DNA of 64,000 nt from the NCBI GenBank assembly GCA_039815185.1, contig JBCBZT010000015.1, positions 32,001 through 96,000 of the forward strand, in the 5' to 3' direction. The notes beneath the pieces are model-generated. The model saw nothing but the letters and a program-made list of their open reading frames with translations, was not told where the DNA came from and made no database searches. Source of the stretch: Cyanobacteria bacterium P01_A01_bin.123 (GTDB lineage Bacteria; Cyanobacteriota; Cyanobacteriia; Phormidesmidales; Phormidesmidaceae). The position numbers and the translations under genes were made by a program. Shown here in pieces: positions 59,245 through 64,000 of the stretch (within the stretch, counting starts at the first letter, position 1; the number at the start of each line of letters is the position of its first letter).

Positions 59245-62200
59245 ATGCACCTTCGTTCTACGGCGCTCACTCCAGTCGAACTCAAGTTTTCAATTGTTCA
59301 GGATCTCTTTGTAGTTTCGCCTGATACGTCGGTGATGACGGCGATCGCTGAAATGAGTCGCGTTCACCCAGGAGCATCAGACTGCCCCCCCGCTGAAACA
59401 GCAGATGGGCAACGGGAAGGCCTTCATCGAGAAACGCAGGCAAGCTGTGTAGTAGTAGCGACCAACGAGCAGTTCATGGGGCTGCTAACGGAGCGAGAGT
59501 TACTCTGCTTAAGTGTCCAGCATTCGACTCTTGAGCACTTGTTACTCAGAGAGGTCGTTGTACCGCCAGCCGTCATTTTGCGTGAGTCTGACTTTACGAC
59601 TGTCTCATCTGCCCTTGACTTGCTTGAGCAATATCCGATTCATCATTTACCCATTGTCAACGACCAGGGGCAGTTGGTGGGCGTGGTGACCTGTGCAAGC
59701 TTACGCCAAACGGTACTGACTCACCAATTAAATCGATCGCAACATCACGAAGCTGTGATCGCCGAAGTGGCCCTGCGAATTCGGCAGCACGTTGGGTTAG
59801 ATACCATTTCAACCGCCATCGTGCAGGAGGTGCAAAAGGTTCTAGGCGCAGATCGAGTCATTGTCTATCGATTCAACCCTGATATGAGCGGCACGATTGT
59901 TGCTGAAGCTATCGTGCCCCCATGGACACCTTGCCTAGATGTTCAGATCATTGACACCTGTTTTCAAGACAATCTGGGTGGGGCCTACCAACAGGGCCGA
60001 GTCTCGACCATCTCAGATATCTATGCTGCCAACCTGACAGACTGCCATTTGCAAATGCTGGCCCAGTTTCAGGTACGGGCCAACCTCGTGGTGCCGATTT
60101 TGTTGCCGGAGGCTGAGACCCAACCGCTTTGGGGCCTGTTGATTGTACATCAGTGCATTGGCCCCCGACAGTGGGCGGTGAGAGAGATTCGCCTGCTTCA
60201 ACAGCTATCGGTACAGTTGGCCATTGCCCTACAGCAGGCTGAACTCTATCAATCGCTGCAAACGCTCAATGCCTCCCTAGAGGAGAAAGTTGAGGCTCGC
60301 ACCCAAGCCCTGCATGCCCTAGCTAAACGGGAGCGAATACTGGCTGACACGGCAACCCGTATTCGCTCCTCACTCGAACTTCAGGTGATTATGGAGACGA
60401 CGGTGCAGGAAATTCACTCCCTTCTCAAGTGCGATCGCGTCAACATTTGGCAATTTGAAGCTGACTGGCAGCTACGGGTGGTGGCTGAGTCCACCGACTC
60501 CATAATGTCTCTGTTGGGTGAAAGGGTTCAAGATACCTGCCTGCAAGACTACAACGAAGTTTACCGTCAGGGGCGGGTCCGCGTTGTGCCAGATATCTAC
60601 GCCACAGAAATGTCGGACTGTCACCGGGAGCTGCTAATCCGTCTCCAAACCCGGGCCAAAATTTTGGTGCCGCTTCTATGTGGGGATCAGCTGTGGGGGG
60701 TGCTGAATGTGAGTGAAAGTCAATCTGCCCGTGATTGGCAACCAGAAGAAATAGATCTACTAAAAGCGTTATCGGTGCAGCTCGCGATCGCGCTGCAACA
60801 AGCCACGATCCACCAGCAGTTACAGGAAGAACTGGAGATTCGACGGCAGACCGAAGCGCGTTTGCTAAAGAGCGAAGCCCACCATCGAGCTTTAGTCAGT
60901 GCGTTGCCTGACTTAATTATGCGTATGAACCGCGAAGGCATCTATCTGGAGTGCAGAGCCAATCCTAACTTTCAGGTCGTGGGCGATCGAGTGGAAATGA
61001 TCGGAGCTCATGTATCAAACATTCTGCCGCCTGAAGCTGCGCAAAAACGCTTAGCGTCTATCCAGCTAGCGCTGCAAACTAATGCTGTCCAGATTTACGA
61101 ACACGGCCTTTTAATTGATGGCAGAACCCAAACCGAAGAGATTCGGGTCATCCCCTACGACAAGGACGAAGTATTGCTGCTAGTGCGCGACATTAGCGAT
61201 CGCAAGCGGGCTGAGCGCCAATTGCAAGATCTGATTGCGGGGACAGCCGCTACTACAGGCCAAAACTTCTTTCCGGCGTTAGTGAGTCACCTCGCAACAG
61301 CCCTAGAGGTTACCTATGTCTCAGTCACTCAACAGGTTGAGGGGCAACTCCAAACCTTAGCCGTTTGGGTCAACGGTGGCTTGCAGCCTGATTTTTCATA
61401 CCAACTCGCAAAAACGCCCTGCGAACAGACCCTGCGAAACGGCAAGTTTTATTGCGAATCCTCGCTCCAGCAGCGCTTCCCTGAAAATACAGATTTGGTT
61501 GCGTTGGGGGCCGAGAGCTATTTGGGCATTGCCTTGTGCAATAACCAAGGCCAAGCTATTGGTAGCCTATGCATTCTTGATCAAAAACCGATTCAAGATC
61601 CAACATGGGCAGAAGAAATTCTACGCGTATTTGCAGCCCGCGCTGCCGCTGAACTAGAACGCCAACGGGCCAGTATCCTACTAGAGCAGCTCAATCAAGA
61701 TCTCGAAGCCAAAGTTGAAGCCCGCACGGTTGCCTTGCAGATTAGCGGAGCTCAGATGCGCGCCATGATCTCAGCCGTCCCCGACTTACTTTTGCGAGTC
61801 AGACCCGATGGCACCTGTTTGGAATACCGTGCTTCCCATAGTCGGTTCGGTGACTTTCTGCCCATTGAGCGGTATATCTCAGAGGTTTTACCCCCCGCAT
61901 TATTGCAGCAGCAACTGGACAGGGTTAAGCAAGCGATCGCGACCGATACGCTGCAAGTCTATGAACATCAAGTTGAGATAGGGGGTTGCCTAGTTTACGA
62001 AGAGATTCGGATTAGCAAAATCAGCCCAGACGAAGCCTTGGTCATTGTGCGAGATATTACCGATCGCAAACAGGCTGAGACTGCCCTATCTGAATCTGAA
62101 CAGTTCATTCAAACAGTGCTTAATACTATCCCCATCCCTGTATTTTGGAAAAACCGAAACTCCGTCTTTTTGGGCTGTAATCAGCAATTTGTCAGTGCTA

Positions 62201-64000
62201 TGGGGGTGCAATCTGCAACTGAGCTGCTCGGTAAAACAGATTTTGACTTTCCAGCCACCCAAGCGAAAGCCAATGACTACCGGGCCGATGATCGGTGGGT
62301 GATGGAAGCGGGCAATGCCAAATTTGGCATTCAAGAAACGCTAATGCGCTCCAACGGTGAACAGCGGTGGCTTGAAACTCACAAGGCCCCTTTACGAGAC
62401 TGGACGGGCGACATTGTTGGGGTCGTTGGGATGTTTCAAGATATCACTGCCCGTAAAGAAGCCGAATCAGCCCTCCAAGCCAGTGAAAGCCGCTATCGAG
62501 CAATTTTTGATCAGGTTGCCGTGGGCATTAACCAGGCTGATCCTTCAGGGCGATTTATCGCGGCCAATCAAGCCTTTTGTGACATGTTGGGCTACACCGA
62601 AGCAGAGCTCTTCCAATTGACCTACTGGAACCTCACCCATCCCGAGGATATCGAGAAGAACAAAGTCACATACGAGCAACTCCTTGCGGGACAAATTCCC
62701 TTTCGCTTATATGAAAAACGCTATCGCCACAAAAAAGGACATTACCTCTGGGTGGAAATTGCCATTTCTATCCTGCGCGATCTGGATGGTCGAATGCTTT
62801 CAGATGTTGCGGTAGTGGTGGACATCGATGATCGCAAGCAAGCCGAGCAAGCGCTAATTCAAGCCAAAGACGCGGCCGAAGCTGCTGCCCGCGCCAAAAG
62901 CATCTTTTTGGCGACGATGAGCCATGAAATCCGTACGCCGATGAATGGCGTTATCGGCATGTTAAACCTCCTGAAGGGGACGAAATTGAACCCTTATCAG
63001 AAGATACAAGCCAACATTGCCCAATCTAGTGCTGAATCACTCCTGACCTTAATCAACGATATTCTTGATTTCTCTAAGGTTGATGCTGGCAAGCTGGATC
63101 TGGATATCTTGGAGTTTGATTTGTGTCAGCAAATGGGAGAGTTTGCTCAAGCTATGGCCTTAAAGGCTCAGGAAAAAGGCTTAGAACTTGTGATAGATCT
63201 GCGTGGCATTAAGCACGCTAGGGTCAAGGGTGATCCGATGCGTTTGCGACAAGTCTTCACTAACCTGGTTGGTAATGCCATCAAATTTACGGAGCAGGGG
63301 GAAATCGTTATTCGGTGTTGCCTCGAAGCAGAAGACGCGGCGCTGGTTTTGAAGGGATCAGTCAAAGATACTGGCATTGGCATTGCGCGGGATAAACTCG
63401 CGGATTTATTTACCCCCTTTTGCCAGGTCGATGCCAGCACAACCCGTAAGTATGGTGGCACGGGGTTAGGCCTGGCCATTACCCAAAAGCTTTGTACCTT
63501 GATGGGGGGCACCATTCAGGTGCAAAGTGAACGAGGCAAGGGCAGCAATTTTGAATTTTCCCTCAAATTAGAGCCTGGTGAACCACCTCAACTGGGTTTG
63601 CCCCATAGAGATTTTCGCTCTCTAAAGGCGCTGATTGTCGATGACAATGCCACCAACCGGGCAATCTTAATCGGCCAGTTGATGAGCTGGGGGATGACTG
63701 TGGTCGCGGCATCAGACGGATACGATGCCTTAACCCTCTGCGAAACTCAAGTGAAGCGACAGGATGAAGCCTGCCAGCAACCCTTTGACATCATTTTGAT
63801 AGATGCAGATATGCCGGGAATGGATGGGGTCGAGTTAGCTCGATACCTCAACTGTGATCCGCGTTTTCAAGCCATCCCTCGAGTGATCATGACCCCGATG
63901 GGTGCCTATGGTGACGCCCGTCGATTTGCTGAACTTGGCTTCAGCGACTACTGCACAAAGCCCATCATTCCTTCAGACTTATTACAGATGCTGACGAGAG
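59245..64000 (+). CDS. Hybrid histidine kinase, CBS-GAF-GAF-PAS-GAF-PAS-PAS-PAS-HisKA-HATPase-REC (3'-truncated; absent from the ORF track)
   Basis: Frame +1 open from ATG 59245 to the window end: GAF DTCF...DCH, FLATMSHEIRTPMNG, NLVGNAIKFT, DTGIGI, GGTGLGLAI and REC VDDN...DADMP...KP. Confidence 0.93.
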   Translation, partial: MHLRSTALTPVELKFSIVQDLFVVSPDTSVMTAIAEMSRVHPGASDCPPAETADGQREGLHRETQASCVVVATNEQFMGLLTERELLCLSVQHSTLEHLLLREVVVPPAVILRESDFTTVSSALDLLEQYPIHHLPIVNDQGQLVGVVTCASLRQTVLTHQLNRSQHHEAVIAEVALRIRQHVGLDTISTAIVQEVQKVLGADRVIVYRFNPDMSGTIVAEAIVPPWTPCLDVQIIDTCFQDNLGGAYQQGRVSTISDIYAANLTDCHLQMLAQFQVRANLVVPILLPEAETQPLWGLLIVHQCIGPRQWAVREIRLLQQLSVQLAIALQQAELYQSLQTLNASLEEKVEARTQALHALAKRERILADTATRIRSSLELQVIMETTVQEIHSLLKCDRVNIWQFEADWQLRVVAESTDSIMSLLGERVQDTCLQDYNEVYRQGRVRVVPDIYATEMSDCHRELLIRLQTRAKILVPLLCGDQLWGVLNVSESQSARDWQPEEIDLLKALSVQLAIALQQATIHQQLQEELEIRRQTEARLLKSEAHHRALVSALPDLIMRMNREGIYLECRANPNFQVVGDRVEMIGAHVSNILPPEAAQKRLASIQLALQTNAVQIYEHGLLIDGRTQTEEIRVIPYDKDEVLLLVRDISDRKRAERQLQDLIAGTAATTGQNFFPALVSHLATALEVTYVSVTQQVEGQLQTLAVWVNGGLQPDFSYQLAKTPCEQTLRNGKFYCESSLQQRFPENTDLVALGAESYLGIALCNNQGQAIGSLCILDQKPIQDPTWAEEILRVFAARAAAELERQRASILLEQLNQDLEAKVEARTVALQISGAQMRAMISAVPDLLLRVRPDGTCLEYRASHSRFGDFLPIERYISEVLPPALLQQQLDRVKQAIATDTLQVYEHQVEIGGCLVYEEIRISKISPDEALVIVRDITDRKQAETALSESEQFIQTVLNTIPIPVFWKNRNSVFLGCNQQFVSAMGVQSATELLGKTDFDFPATQAKANDYRADDRWVMEAGNAKFGIQETLMRSNGEQRWLETHKAPLRDWTGDIVGVVGMFQDITARKEAESALQASESRYRAIFDQVAVGINQADPSGRFIAANQAFCDMLGYTEAELFQLTYWNLTHPEDIEKNKVTYEQLLAGQIPFRLYEKRYRHKKGHYLWVEIAISILRDLDGRMLSDVAVVVDIDDRKQAEQALIQAKDAAEAAARAKSIFLATMSHEIRTPMNGVIGMLNLLKGTKLNPYQKIQANIAQSSAESLLTLINDILDFSKVDAGKLDLDILEFDLCQQMGEFAQAMALKAQEKGLELVIDLRGIKHARVKGDPMRLRQVFTNLVGNAIKFTEQGEIVIRCCLEAEDAALVLKGSVKDTGIGIARDKLADLFTPFCQVDASTTRKYGGTGLGLAITQKLCTLMGGTIQVQSERGKGSNFEFSLKLEPGEPPQLGLPHRDFRSLKALIVDDNATNRAILIGQLMSWGMTVVAASDGYDALTLCETQVKRQDEACQQPFDIILIDADMPGMDGVELARYLNCDPRFQAIPRVIMTPMGAYGDARRFAELGFSDYCTKPIIPSDLLQMLTR

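Noticed and set aside
60013..63515. Short ORFs listed in 60-63.5 kb
   Set aside because: All are shadows of the long kinase reading frame.
1..64000. Frequent GCGATCGC octamer as a novel repeat
   Set aside because: This is the well-known cyanobacterial HIP1 sequence.

Overview
Genomic window from a cyanobacterium, probably a filamentous Leptolyngbya/Nodosilinea-like one. This is inferred from very frequent HIP1 octamers (GCGATCGC), a form IB rbcL-rbcX-rbcS operon and a ferrochelatase with a CAB tail. Most of the window is housekeeping: hemH, ictB, a DevB-DevC-DevC-DevA exporter, a group 2 sigma factor, mnmH/selD, deoC-recO-MFS-dgdA, a ycf29-type regulator, a phosphohexomutase, fghA, sdhB, a leucyl aminopeptidase and rbcLXS. 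The most notable items are: (1) an integrase-less integron array at about 15.6-19.5 kb, with an attI-like site, two intact attC sites, a truncated third, and cassettes carrying an AT-rich orphan membrane protein, an AraC+SnoaL pair, an orphan and a toxin-antitoxin pair; (2) the 3' end of a repeat-peptide gene at the left edge, missed by the ORF track, with an internal double-glycine leader motif between repeated LRRENLDKD cores (RiPP-like polyprotein); (3) a ProX glycine-betaine-binding domain fused to a GluR0-type K+ channel whose own ligand-binding Arg is replaced; (4) an ndhH with a remodelled quinone pocket directly behind an AraC gene; (5) a tandem active/pseudo histidine-phosphatase pair; (6) a hybrid kinase of more than 1,580 aa with two cyanobacteriochrome GAF domains, also missing from the ORF track; and (7) several families of small dispersed repeats/MITEs, one of them translated in frame inside a glycosyltransferase. 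No rRNA, tRNA or CRISPR array was seen. All family assignments come from motif recognition by eye, not from database searches.
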